Made by a program: the position numbers and the translations under genes
Part shown: positions 50,070 through 62,003 of the stretch, piece after piece
How the letters are laid out: every line of letters begins with the position of its first letter
Numbering within the stretch: position 1 is the stretch's first letter
NCBI RefSeq assembly: GCF_004010195.1
Contig: NC_057748.1
Coordinates: 1,943,246 to 2,007,245, forward strand
DNA: 64,000 nucleotides
Reading direction: 5' to 3'
From: Chiloscyllium plagiosum
Taxonomy: Eukaryota
The notes under the pieces: model-generated
The model's database searches: none
Told to the model about the DNA's origin: nothing
Seen by the model: the letters and a program-made list of their open reading frames with translations, nothing else

Positions 50070-51350
50070 GTCATAAAGACACAGCACAGAAACAGATCCT
50101 TCAGTCCAACCAGTCTGTGCCGAACATAATTCCAATCTAAACTAGTTCCATCTGCCTGCTCCTGGCCCACATCTCAGAACCTTTCCTATTCAGGTACTTA
50201 TTTAAATGTCTTTTAAACATTGTACTCACACCCACCACTCCCTGAGGAAATTCATTCCACACACGAACCATCTTCTTATATTTAAAAATAAAAGCCCCTT
50301 GTGTCTTTAAATCTCCCTCCTCTCTCCTTTAAAAACATGCCCCCATTTTCAAATGCAAATTGCTTCATGCTCAAGATATTGAGCAGAATTGGGCCATTTT
50401 GCCCATTTGAGACTGCTCCACCATTCAGTCATGGCTGATATGTTCTTCAATCCCATTCCTGCCTTCTCCTATAACCTTGATCCCCTTACTAATAAATAAC
50501 TTGTCTCTGTCTTTAAGACATTAAATGACTGCTGCAGAGGCCTTTTGGAGCCCATGAGCTCCACAGATTAATCATCCTGTGCCTGAATAAATTCTCTGTA
50601 GAGTCATCTTTTTACTTGAGGTTATGCCCATGGGTCCTAATCTCTCCTAGTGGAAACACTCCACATTCGCTCTATGCAGGCATCAGTGTTCTGTTAGTTT
50701 AAATCAAGTTTCCCATCATCTTCATAAACTCCCAAGTACAAACCCAGATTCTCAACTGTTTCATATGACAAGCCCTTCATTCCTAAGATCATTCTTGTAA
50801 ACCTCCTGTTGTCCCATTCCAAGGCCAGCAAATCCTTTAAATATGGGGCCCAAAACTACTCAACATTTCAAATGCAGTCTGACCAGAGCCTTGTACAATC
50901 TCAATAGTACATCCCTACTCTTGTATTCCAGTCCTCTCGATGAATGATAACATTGCTTTTGCCTTCCTAACTGCCAGCTGAACCTGCATGTTAAACTAAA
51001 GAATCCTGAACTATGCTCCAATTCCCTTTGTGCTTCAGATTTCCAAAGCTTTTCCCGGTTTAGAAAATAGTCTGTGCCTCCTAATTTTCCATGATTTTAT
51101 TTAATTCTTCCCCAATGCTACATGTCCCTCTACCTATCTTTGTATCATCTGCAAACTTGGCAGCATGCCCTTAGTTCCTTTGTCCAGGTTGTTAATATAT
51201 AATGTGAATAATTATAATCCCAACACTCTGCTCCCTGTGGAGCTATAACCATCACATTCTGAAAAAGGCACCTTTTATCCCCACTCTTGTGTGCTGCCTT
51301 CCAGTCAGCCAATCCTCTAGCCATACCTTGCCACTAATGCCATGGGCTCA
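50070..51350 (-). mobile_element. Several degenerate CR1 fragments in RPL3 intron 6
   Basis: CR1 3'-end and RT (FADDT reverse complement ATCATCTGCAAA) remnants. Confidence 0.65.
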
Positions 51351-51643
51351 GTTGTCCATGAAGGCATAAGGATTGCAGGTTAATAGTCCCAGTTTCAGCA
51401 CTACTGTTATGTCCAGCCCAATTGATTGTTGACCACACCTTTGGCATTAACCAGAACCAAAGCTGGTGTTCTCCACTTTATCTGCTTTAATAAAAAATAT
51501 CATTTTTATGATAATGACTTCTCTATCCTTTATTAGTTAAATATATTCTCAAGGATAGATATCATTGCACCTTGTCTCAGAATGCACTGTTACCAGGTTT
51601 TCCTGAAAAATATGTACTTAAACTGAATTCTGTACCTCCCTAG

Positions 51644-51745
51644 ATCTACAGGATTGGATCAGGTTACCAAACCAAGGATGGTAAGCTGGTGAAGAACAAC
51701 GCTGCTACAGAGTACGACCTGACAGACAAGAGCATCAACCCACTA
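51644..51745 (+). CDS. RPL3: RPL3 exon 7 (IYRIGSGY...DKSINPL)
   Basis: TAG/GTAAGC boundaries, 102 nt. Confidence 0.96.
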
Positions 51746-51837
51746 GTAAGCTTTTTGGCGAGCTGTGAAGGACATTCCACATTGTGGCTCACTTCTTGGG
51801 ATTCTTCTGTTAACTGCTGTTCTCAATCTCTCAACAG

Positions 51838-51933
51838 GGAGGATTTCCTCACTATGGTGAAGTGACAAATGATTTTGTAATGGTGAAGGGCTGTGTTGTT
51901 GGTACCAAGAAACGTGTGCTTACACTGCGCAAG
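51838..51933 (+). CDS. RPL3: RPL3 exon 8 ([13 protein letters not shown]...VLTLRK)
   Basis: CAG/GTAACT boundaries, 96 nt. Confidence 0.96.
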
Positions 51934-52129
51934 GTAACTACTTGTCTGTCTTGATATGACTACATAGTCATTTTCAGTCATCTTCCCTGTTGGTGAAAGT
52001 GTGTAGCTACCCTTGAGCATTTAAGTTTCCTAGAGATGGCAATACACATAGCATTTGATGATGCAATAAGAAATGGGGAGCAGGAGTACACTGCATAATC
52101 TGTCACTGACAAAAGCTAATATTTAGATT

Positions 52130-52698
52130 TAAGACCATAAGACATAGGAGCAGAAGTAAGGCCATTCGGCCCATCGAGCCCACTACGCCATTCAATCATG
52201 GCTGATGGGCATTTCAACTCCACTTACCCGCATTCTCTCCGTAGCTCTTAATTCCTTGTGACATCAAGAATTAATTTCTGTCTTGAAGAAGTTTAGTGTC
52301 CTGGCCTCCACTGCACTCTGTGGCAATGAATTCCACAGGCCCACCACTCCCTCAATCATGGCTGATGGGCATTTCAACTCCACTTACCCGCATTCTCTCC
52401 GTAGCTCTTAATTCCTTGTGACATCAAGAATTTATTAATTTCTGTCTTGAAGAAGTTTAGTGTCCTGGCCTCCACTGCACTCTGCGGCAATGAATTCCAC
52501 AGGCCCACCACTCCCTGGCTGAAGAAATGTCACAACAGTGCTTTTATATTCCAATGTTGTCAATTTATAATTGACAACATTGCATTCGCTTTCTTAATCA
52601 CGGACTCAACCTGCATGTTTACCTTTACAGAATCCTCAACTAGCACTCCCAGATCCCTCTGTACTTTGGCTTTACGAATTTTCTCACCGTTTAGAAAT
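52130..52698 (-). mobile_element. CR1 3' fragment with a ~160-bp internal tandem duplication, RPL3 intron 8
   Basis: 52192-52351 is repeated at 52352-52515. Confidence 0.7.
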
Positions 52699-53110
52699 TT
52701 GACAGCACCTTCTTGCCCACTCCTGTATCATTTGGTTTTCAGAGACCAAAACTGTCTTGCCATTGAATATATTAAATGGTGCCTCCATGGGATGCTGAGT
52801 AAGTTGTGCAGATAAAAGCATCACAACTAGATCCATAGTTGTTTGTTCCTAGTTACATTGAAAGGTAATGGTGTCCACACCATGCAGTCTCTGCTAAAGA
52901 TGCTCTCTTCACTCTGTAGATGCTTGTTCCTGTGACAAAGGAATAGCTAATTCTATCCAACTCCCAGTGGCTTGCCAAGTGAGGTGCCATTCCTGTTTGT
53001 TGATGTGCAGACTGCCCACCTCTCTTCTCCGTCCATACACTATATACACTTTTTTTAGTTTAAAGCTGGTTGTGGTACAGAATATTGACAAGTTCTTTTC
53101 ATCCCTGCAG

Positions 53111-53230
53111 TCCCTGTTGGTGCAGACCAACCGCCGTGCTGTGGAGAAGATCGACCTGAAGTTTATTGATACCTCTTCCAAATTTGGTCATGGCCGCTTC
53201 CAGACCATTGAGGAGAAGAAGGCATTTATG
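53111..53230 (+). CDS. RPL3: RPL3 exon 9 (SLLVQT...[21 protein letters not shown])
   Basis: CAG/GTGAGT boundaries, 120 nt. Confidence 0.97.
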
Positions 53231-53420
53231 GTGAGTCATCAATTCACTCACTAGTGTCTTTTCCTGTGGTGGACCTTTCTTGTAGATTTGCAAATTGACT
53301 GACAGCTTCAGCTACAAGAATTGTCTTGTAGATGTGATGAGCACATAATCTTGTGGATTTTTAAAAAAATTGCCTCACCCAGCTCTACTTAACACTTTTT
53401 TTTGTCATTTTTGTTTTCAG

Positions 53421-53465
53421 GGACCACTGAAGAAGGATCGCATTGCCAAGGAAGAGGCTGCGTAA
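53421..53465 (+). CDS. RPL3: RPL3 exon 10 (GPLKKDRIAKEEAA*)
   Basis: Polypyrimidine-CAG acceptor, TAA stop; the ten exons total 1212 nt = 403 aa + stop. Confidence 0.96.
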   Translation, partial: GPLKKDRIAKEEAA

Positions 53466-53499
53466 ACCATGGGCCAATTATGACATTATTCCAGTGTTC

Positions 53500-53505
53500 A
53501 ATAAA
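53500..53505 (+). terminator. RPL3 polyadenylation signal AATAAA
   Basis: 35 nt after the stop codon, followed by GT/T-rich downstream sequence. Confidence 0.85.
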
Positions 53506-54359
53506 TACTTTTATTTAAAAAAAAATTGTTCTGTTTTCCTATAGTTTTGTAGTAATCAGGATGTGCTTTGGTTAAATTCTGCTACATTTGTATTAATGCT
53601 AGCATTAATACATCTTGCTCCCATTGCCGCAGAGATGATTGGACTTATAGCTAGAATGGGTGGGCTGTGTTGTAAAGAAAAGTTGGATTATCGGTGGGGT
53701 TTTGTAGAGTGAGGTGACTTGATATGAAACCATCCTGAGGTGCCTTGATGGAGTTGATGGGGAGAGGATGTCTTCTTGGTGGAAAGTCTAGAACGAGGCA
53801 TTGCCAGTTTAAAAGGGTGAGATAATACCGATTTGAGTTGCTCAAGTTCCTCTATACCTGGGATTGACAAAGTGAGCCTTTTTTTCTGGACTGATTTCAA
53901 ATGGCTTGGTATTATCTGACAAAGTATCCAGTGTACTCTTAGCAGATGTTTTTTTTTGGTGTTTCGTTCCTTTTGAAATAAAGGCAAATGTTTGCTTGGA
54001 CAACCCACTGGGATTGAGTATATGTCAATGTAGAGCCGAGGTCATAACGTTAGGATAATGAGGCAACTGATTTAAAACCGGAGAAAGGACTGATGAATCT
54101 GGATTTGGAACATTTTTGATGAGCTTTCCAGAATAAGCAGCTATGAAAAGGTATTCTCATAAATTGCTGGTGACTGGACTGGCAGTTCTAGATCTGGGGT
54201 TATCCAGTAGTTTTTTTGTTTCATACAATTCACGGTTTTTATATAATTTACATAAGTTTATATTTGGAAATATGAAGGAATAATAGCTCATCTGTATCCG
54301 TTATCAAAAGTATATATTTAAAAGGCAGCTTTAGAGCACACGGATGCGATAGCTCAGTT

Positions 54360-54700
54360 GGGGGGGGCGGGTTATGAATGGGCGATATTCCTTGATCGAC
54401 ATGCGGGACATTCAATCATATTGCTGTATGTTGTGATGGACAACGTATTGGCCAATTATCAGGTTACACTCCTTGACAGAATGGTGGGGATTCTGATGGG
54501 TGGAGTATTGGCCAATTAGAATCGGACGCACCCCCTTACAGCCACAGCCAATGGGAGGGTGTTGCTAGGGCGCAGTAACCAAGGAGTTCCTGACTAGCGG
54601 CTTGCGGCCTACCCGTAACTGAGGCCTGGACTAGGAGTAGTCAGGTTATTACCGATGGAGTGACGAGGCCCATGGGCTTCAGAACCGAGCGGGAGGAGTC
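54360..54700 (+). promoter_or_regulatory. IFT27 promoter / 5' UTR: GC box, several CCAAT boxes, RFX X-box-like site
   Basis: GGGGCGGG ~54364; ATTGGCCAAT twice (~54447, ~54507); AGCCAATG ~54546; GTTGCTAGGGCGC 54561-54573; CpG-rich. Confidence 0.7.
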
Positions 54701-54734
54701 ATGGTCAAACTGCGAGCCAAATGTGTGTTGGCCG
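54701..54734 (+). CDS. IFT27: Intraflagellar transport protein 27 (RABL4) exon 1 (MVKLRAKCVLA)
   Basis: GTCATGG Kozak context, 34 nt, G|GTGAGT donor; matches the recalled human N-terminus MVKLAAKCILAG. Confidence 0.9.
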
Positions 54735-54892
54735 GTGAGTAAACAGAACCAAGCGAGGACTTTAATTTATGGAGCGCCGACCCCGTCCCCCAGTCAGTCA
54801 GTGTTCAAGGGCAGCAGTGAAACAGCGAACACCAAAATCCCCGGCGCTGCCATCTGCAAATGATCAGGTTTTATTTTGTGTAATGTCTATTT

Positions 54893-55090
54893 TCCCTCAG
54901 CACTGACCCCTCCGACAGTGTGGCACTCCCTCAGCACTGACCCCTCCGACAGTGCGGCACTCCCTCAGCACTGACCCTCCGACAGTGCGGCACTCCCTCA
55001 GCACTGACCCTCCGACAGTGCGGCACTCCCTCAGTTACTACCCTCCGACAGTGCCCGCTCCCTCAGCACTGACCCTCCAACAGTGCCCAC
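54893..55090. repeat. 33-bp minisatellite (CACTCCCTCAGCACTGACCCTCCGACAGTGCGG)n running into a gap
   Basis: About 6 visible copies. Confidence 0.9.
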
Positions 55091-55920
55091 NNNNNNNNNN
55101 NNNNNNNNNNNNNNNNNNNNNNNNNNNNNNNNNNNNNNNNNNNNNNNNNNNNNNNNNNNNNNNNNNNNNNNNNNNNNNNNNNNNNNNNNNNNNNNNNNNN
55201 NNNNNNNNNNNNNNNNNNNNNNNNNNNNNNNNNNNNNNNNNNNNNNNNNNNNNNNNNNNNNNNNNNNNNNNNNNNNNNNNNNNNNNNNNNNNNNNNNNNN
55301 NNNNNNNNNNNNNNNNNNNNNNNNNNNNNNNNNNNNNNNNNNNNNNNNNNNNNNNNNNNNNNNNNNNNNNNNNNNNNNNNNNNNNNNNNNNNNNNNNNNN
55401 NNNNNNNNNNNNNNNNNNNNNNNNNNNNNNNNNNNNNNNNNNNNNNNNNNNNNNNNNNNNNNNNNNNNNNNNNNNNNNNNNNNNNNNNNNNNNNNNNNNN
55501 NNNNNNNNNNNNNNNNNNNNNNNNNNNNNNNNNNNNNNNNNNNNNNNNNNNNNNNNNNNNNNNNNNNNNNNNNNNNNNNNNNNNNNNNNNNNNNNNNNNN
55601 NNNNNNNNNNNNNNNNNNNNNNNNNNNNNNNNNNNNNNNNNNNNNNNNNNNNNNNNNNNNNNNNNNNNNNNNNNNNNNNNNNNNNNNNNNTTGCCCCTTA
55701 GGTCTCTTTTACATCTTTCCCCTCTCACCCTAAACCTATGCCCTCTAGTTCTGGACTCATCGACCCTAGGGAAAAGACTTTGCGTATTTACCCTATCCAT
55801 GCTCCTCATATTTTTGTAGACCTCTATAAGGTCACCCCTCAGCCTCCAATGCTCCACCCGAGCCTGTTCAGTCTCTCCCTGTAACTCAAATCCTCCAACC
55901 CTGGCAACATCCTTGTAAAT

Positions 55921-57060
55921 TTAGGGTGTAGGTTTGCTCGCTGAGCTGTAGGTTTGGTATCCAGACGTTTCATTACCTGGCAAGGTAACATCATCAGTGG
56001 CGACCTCCAAGTGAAGCGAAGCTGTTGTCTCCTGCTTTACTATTTATATGTTTGTCCTGGATGGGGGTTCCTGGGGTTTGTAGTGATGTCATTTTCCTGT
56101 TCGTTTTTGTGGGGGGTTGATAGATGGTATCTCGACCTATGTGTTTGTTTATGGCATTGTGCTTGGAGTGCCAGGCCTCTAGGAATTCTCTGGCATGTCG
56201 TTGCTTCGCCTGTCCCAGGATAGATATGTTGTCCCAGTCGAAATGGTGTTTTTTTTTCATCTGTGTGTAGGGCTACGAGGGAGAGAGGGTCGTGTCTTTT
56301 TTGTGGCTAGTTGGTGTTCATGTATCCTGGTGGCTAACTTACTTCCTGTTTGTCCTACGTAGTGTTTGTGGCAGTCCTTGCACGGAATTTGAAGATGACG
56401 TTGGTTTTGTCCATGGGTTGTACTGGGTCTTTTTAAGTTTGTTAGTTTTTTGTTTGAGAGTGTTGGTGGGTTTGTGTGCTACTAGGATTCCGAGGGCTCT
56501 TAGTAGTCTGGCTGTCATTTCTGAAACTTCTTTGATGTATGGTAAGGTGGTTAGGGTTTCTGGCTGTGTTACGTCTGCTTGTCGTGGTTTGTTCGAGGAA
56601 TCTGCGGACTGTATTTTTTTGAGTATCCGTTCTTCTTGAATACATTGTATAGGTGGTTCTCTGTTTTTCCATAGTTTGCCTGTGCTGCAGTGTGGGGTGG
56701 CTCGTTGGAATAGTGTTCTGATACGGCTTCGTTTTGTGTGTGTTGGGATGGTTGCTGGTGTAGTTAAGTATTTTGGTCAGTGTTTGTCAGTTTTCCTGTG
56801 TACGCAGGTTTGTAGTTCTCCGTTGTCCTTTCTTTCGACTGTGACGTCCAGGAATGTGAGTTTATTGTTGGTTTCTTTCTCCTCGGTGAACTTTATGCCT
56901 GTGAGGGTGTTGTTGATGATGTTAAGTGTCTCTTCTATCTTGTTTCGTTTTTGTGATGATAAGGGTGTCATCTACGTAGCGGACCCAAAAACAAAAAAAC
57001 TAACAAACCTACACCATAAACGTCAACCTGAGCTACAGACCTTCACAAACCTTGCAAAAA
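55921..57060 (-). mobile_element. Penelope-like element (Poseidon-type) inserted in CR1
   Basis: IKFTEEKETNNKLTFLDV (RT) and FDWDN..ILGQAKQRHAREFLEAWHS; TSD ATCCTTGTAAAT at 55909 and 57061. Confidence 0.88.
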
Positions 57061-57915
57061 ATCCTTGTAAATCTTTTCTGAACCCTTTCAAGTTTCACAA
57101 CATCTTTCCAATAGGAAGGAGACCAGAATTGCACGCAATATTTCAACAGTGGCCTAATCAATATCCTGTATAGCCGCAACATGACCTCCCAACTCCTGTA
57201 CTCCGTACTCTGACCAATAAAGGAAAGCATACTAAACGCCACCTTCACTATCCTATCTACCTGTGACTCCACTATAAAGGAGCTTCACTGTATAATCAAT
57301 TAGCTTTTCAATTATGTTGATTGTGAATGGGTGAAAGGTCAATAAAAGACCTCCAGTTTTTTTCACCCTCACTTGTCCCTTCAGCTCTTCTGAGCCCCGT
57401 TATCAAGACATGGATCTCTCCAGCTCCACTTCAAATAATGTCCTAAAACCTTCGATGTTGACCTTCAAAGCGAGGGGTTTCTAAACTCTAAATAATAAAT
57501 GAGTAACAGACACTGTTGTTGGTTATGTCATGTGATCTTCGTAGTTGCGGTTATGCTGACCTATGTCAACTCCAGCCTTGTTTGTTTGTGGGTAAAATGA
57601 TTATGGTAAGAGATTGAGTGTGCAAGTGTTTTTTGTTCCTAGAATGCCTTTTACTTTTCACCTCAACATTCCAAAAGCATCAGCATTTGCTAGCATTCTG
57701 GATAATCCTGAACCGGCACATTGGGTTCACCTTTCAAAGAACCTTCTGAGGGAGGTTTTTTACTCACTATCTAGCATCCCCCTGGAAAGTTCCTGTTGAC
57801 ATTTCCTGCCTTTGGGCCTCACGTTGTGAAGAGTGGGTGCCAACACAGTGAGATTGGCTGCTGACACCCACCTGTGGACTCAAACTGTGTGTCAGCCGCT
57901 TCAGCAATGCAAGTA

Positions 57916-58279
57916 CAGTAGTGCCTCGACTTACGAACTTAATCTGTTCCGGGACCCGGTTCACAAACCGAAAAGTTCGCGAACTGAATCAATTTTTCCC
58001 GTTGTTCGGATAGTGTAAGAATGCTTGGACGGCTGTTCACAGCGCACGTGCCAAAGACAAACTGAATGAGATCACGCGGGGCCCGAGAGCTTTTGCGTTC
58101 AACAAGCGCGTAGCAAAGCAGAACAATGAAACCACGTGGTCGCACACAGGCTTTTTGCGTTCTCACCTTCGTTCATACCTTGAATTTCATACGTATGTTG
58201 AAGCAAAATTTTACGTACAATCCTGTTCGTAAACCGATTTGTACGTGAATGGGGTCGTTCATATGTCGAGGCACTACTG
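57916..58279. mobile_element. Tc1/mariner (pogo/Tigger-like) MITE, 364 bp
   Basis: TIRs CAGTAGTGCCTCGAC(T/A)TA(C/T)GAAC (21/23 match) flanked by TA on both sides; no ORF. Confidence 0.9.
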
Positions 58280-58842
58280 TAGAAATGAAAATGTTACCTT
58301 GTGCTGTGCAGAAGAATTACATAAAATCTTGTAGCATGGATGCATTGGTCACTGCTATACTTTCATGACAACAAGTTTGTATTCCCTCACATGAAGGAAA
58401 ATTCGAAAGCTCAAATAGGGTGAAACTTGAACATAACAAGGTTGTTAAAAGAAATCTGCTGGATCAGTCTAGTGACACATCATATCACCAGCATATGTAT
58501 ACAGTTGGGTGTGTGTTGTGTTGCCTTTATGCTCCTTGCGTGCTCCTGTTCTGTTTTATTTCATCACCTCACTCACCTAGTCCATGCCATTATCATCTCG
58601 TCGGGTCCTCTAAGGATGTCTGAGATGAAAATCTGGCAACCAGTTAATGGTTATATTAATCAAGGGATAGTTACTTGACTGGGTGTGGGGAATAAATAAT
58701 CAGTTTTACTGGTGTTTGTGATGTGGAATTAGAAGTAAAACTGACTAGTAAAGTATATGACTGGATTCCGTCTAACCAGCATTTTAACCTCTGGCAAGTA
58801 ATTAACAGTCTAGATTGGGGGGGGGGGGATATTCCTCACTTA

Positions 58843-61800
58843 GTCATAGAGATGTACAGCACAGAAACAGATCCTTCAGTCCAACTCATCCATGTCGAAC
58901 AGGTATCCCCACCTAACCTAGTCCCACCTGCCAGCACCTGGCCCGTATCCCTCCAAACCCTTCCTATTCATATACCCATCCAAATACCTCTTAAATGTTG
59001 CAATTCTACTAGCCTCCACCACTTCATCTGGCCGCTCATTCCATACACGTACCACCCTCTGCATGAAACCGTTGCCCCTTAGGTCCCTTTTAAATCTTTC
59101 CCCTCTCACCCTAAACCTATGCCCTCTAGTTCTGGACTTGCACTTATCTAAATTAAACTCCATCTGCCACTCCTCAACCCACTGGCCTATCTGATCAAGA
59201 TCCCGTTGTAATCTGAGGTAACCTTCTTCGCTGTCCACTACACCTCCAATCCTGGTGTCATCTGCAAACTTACTAACTGTACCTGTAATGCTCACATCCA
59301 AATCATTTATGTAAATGACAAAAAGTAGTGGACCCAGCACTGATCCTTGTGGCACTCTACTGGTCATAGGCCTCCAGTCTGGAAAAACAACCCTCCACCA
59401 CCACCCTCTGTCTTCTACCTTTGAGCCAGTTCTGTATCTAAATGGCTAGTTCTCCCTGTATTCCGTGAGATCTAACCTTGCTAATCTGTCTCCCATGGGG
59501 AGCCTTGTCGAATGCCTTACTGAAGTCCATATAGATCATTCTACTGCTCTGCCCTCATCAATCCTCTTTGTTACTTCTTCAAAAAACTCAATCAAGTTTG
59601 TGAGACATGATTTTCCATGCACAAAGCCATGCTGACTATCCTTAATCAGTCCTTGCCTTTCCAAATACATGTACATCCTGTCCCTCAGGGTTCCCTCTAA
59701 AATCTTGCCCACCACTGATATCAGGCTCACTGGTCAATAGTTTCCTGGCTTTTCCTGACCACCTTTCTTAAATAATGGCACCACGTTAGCCAACCTCCAG
59801 TCTTCTGGAACCTCACCTGTGACTATCGATGATACAAATATCTCTGGGCCCAGCAATCACTTCTCTAGCTTCCCACAGAGTTCTAGGGTACACCTGATCA
59901 GGTCTTGGGGAGCACTTCCTCCTCTGTAATATGGACATTTTTCAAGATGTCACCATCTATTTCCCCACATTCTTTATCTTCCATGTTGTTCTCCACAGTA
60001 AACATTGATGCAAAATACTCATTTAATATCTCCACCCAACTCTGCGGCTCCACACAAAGGCTGCCTTGCTGATCTTTGAGGGGAGATTCGTGAGTGTGGT
60101 GCTGGAAAAGCACAGCGGGTCAGGCAGCATCTGAGGAGCAGGAGAGTCTACATTTTGGGCAAAAGCGTTTCATCAGGGATGAGGCTGTGAGCCAAGGGGG
60201 TGGTGAGATAAATGGGAGGGCAGCGGGGCTGGGGGGGTGAGTGTAGCTGACAGTGCGATAAGTAGATGGAGGTGGGGGTGTTAGGTGTTCGGTTGGAGAG
60301 GAGGATGGAGCGGATAGGTGGGAAGGAAGATGGACAGGTAATGAGGGCAGTGCCGAGTTAGAATGTTGGATCTGGGGTAAGGTAGAGGGAGGGAAATGAG
60401 GAAACTGGTGAAATCCACATTGATGCCATATGGTTGGAGGGTCCTCAGGCAGAAGATGAGGTGTTCTTCCTCCAGGCGTCGGGTGGTTAGGGAGTAGCGA
60501 TGGAGAAGGTCCCAGACCTGCATGTTCTTGGCAGAGTGGGAGGCGGAGTTGAAGTGTTCGGCTACGGGGCGATGGTGTTGTTTAGTGTTGGTGATGTCCT
60601 GGAGATGTTCTCTGAAGCGCTCTGCATGTAGTTGTCCTGTCTCCCCAGTGTAGAGGAGACTGCATCAGGAGCACCAGATACAGTAAATGACGTGTGGAAA
60701 TGCAGGTAAAACTCTGATGGATGTGGAAAGCTCCTTTGGGGCCTTAGATGGAGGTGAGGGGGGAGGTATGGGCACAGGTTTCGAGGGGAAGGTGCCGGGA
60801 GGGGAGGATGGGTTGGTGTGGGGCGTGGACATGACAAGGTAGTCGCGGAGGGAAAGGTCTTTACAGAAAGTGGATAGGGGTGGCGAGGGAAATATATCCC
60901 TAGTGGTAAGGTCCATTTGTAGGTGGTGGAAATGGCAGAGGATGATGCAATGTATACTGAGGTTGGGGATGGAAGGTGAGGACCAGGGGTTTTCTGTCCT
61001 TGTTGCAGTTGGAGGAGTGGGGTTTGAGGGCAGAGGTGTGGGAAGTGGATGAGCTGTGCTAGATGGCATCATTGACCATGTGGGAGGGGAAATTGTGGTC
61101 TTTAAAGAAGGAGGCCATCTGGTGTGTTCTGTGGTGGAACTGGTCCTCCTGGGAGCAGATACGGTGGAGGCAGAGGAATTGGGAATAAGGGATAGCATTT
61201 TTACAGGAGGCAGGGTGGGAGGAGGTGTAGTCCAGGTAGCTGTGGAAGATATTCGTGTTGAATCAGTCACCATTGATGGAGATGGAGAGGTCCAGGAAGG
61301 GGAGGAAGGTGTCAAAGATGATCCAGATGAATTTAAGGTTTGGGTGGAATGTGTTGGTGAAGTTGATAAACTGTTCAACCAACCTCCGCGTGGGAGTATG
61401 AGGTGGCGCTGATGCAGTGGGCCTTATTCTCTCCCTAATTACTCTTTTAGTCTTTAATGTATTTGTAAAAACCCTTTGGATTCTCCTTAACCCTAATTGT
61501 CAAAGTTATCTCATGTCCCCCTTTTCCCTCCTGATTTCCCTCTTAAGTATGCTCCTACTGCCTTTAAACTCTTCTATGGATTCACTCAATCTATCCTGTC
61601 TATTCCTGACAAATGCTTCCTCCTTTTTCTTAACAAAACTCTCAATTTCTCTAGTCATCCAGCATTCCCTATACCTACCAGCCTTTCCTTTCACCCTAAC
61701 AGGAACATACTGTCGCTGGACTGTCATTATCTCATTTCTGAAGGCTTCCCATTTTCCAGCCGTCCCTTTACCTGCAAACATCTGCTCCCTATCAGCTTTT

Positions 61801-62003
61801 GAAAGTTCTTGCCTAATATGGTCAAAATTTGTCTTCCTCCAATTTAGAATTTCAACTTTTAGATCCGGTCAATCCTATTCCATCACTATTTTAAATCTAA
61901 TAGAATTATGGTCGCTGGCCCCAAAATGCTCCCCCACTGACACCTCAGTCACCTGCCCTGCCTTAGTTCCCAAGAGTAGGTCAAGTTTTGCACCTTCTCT
62001 AGT
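58843..62003 (-). mobile_element. CR1 (HER1-like) LINE ORF2 remnant interrupted by a Penelope element
   Basis: [50 protein letters not shown]. Confidence 0.88.
60088..61380 (-). mobile_element. Penelope-like element (Neptune-type), degenerate, nested in CR1
   Basis: RRLEEEHLIFCLRTLQPYGINVDF; homologous to the other copies. Confidence 0.85.

Noticed and set aside
52900-53045. Possible H/ACA snoRNA in RPL3 intron 8
   Set aside because: Only weak stems and no clear H box; cannot be supported without a covariance search.
53334-53340. GTGATGA box C in RPL3 intron 9 (also ATGATGA at 46001)
   Set aside because: No appropriately placed box D with a closing stem.
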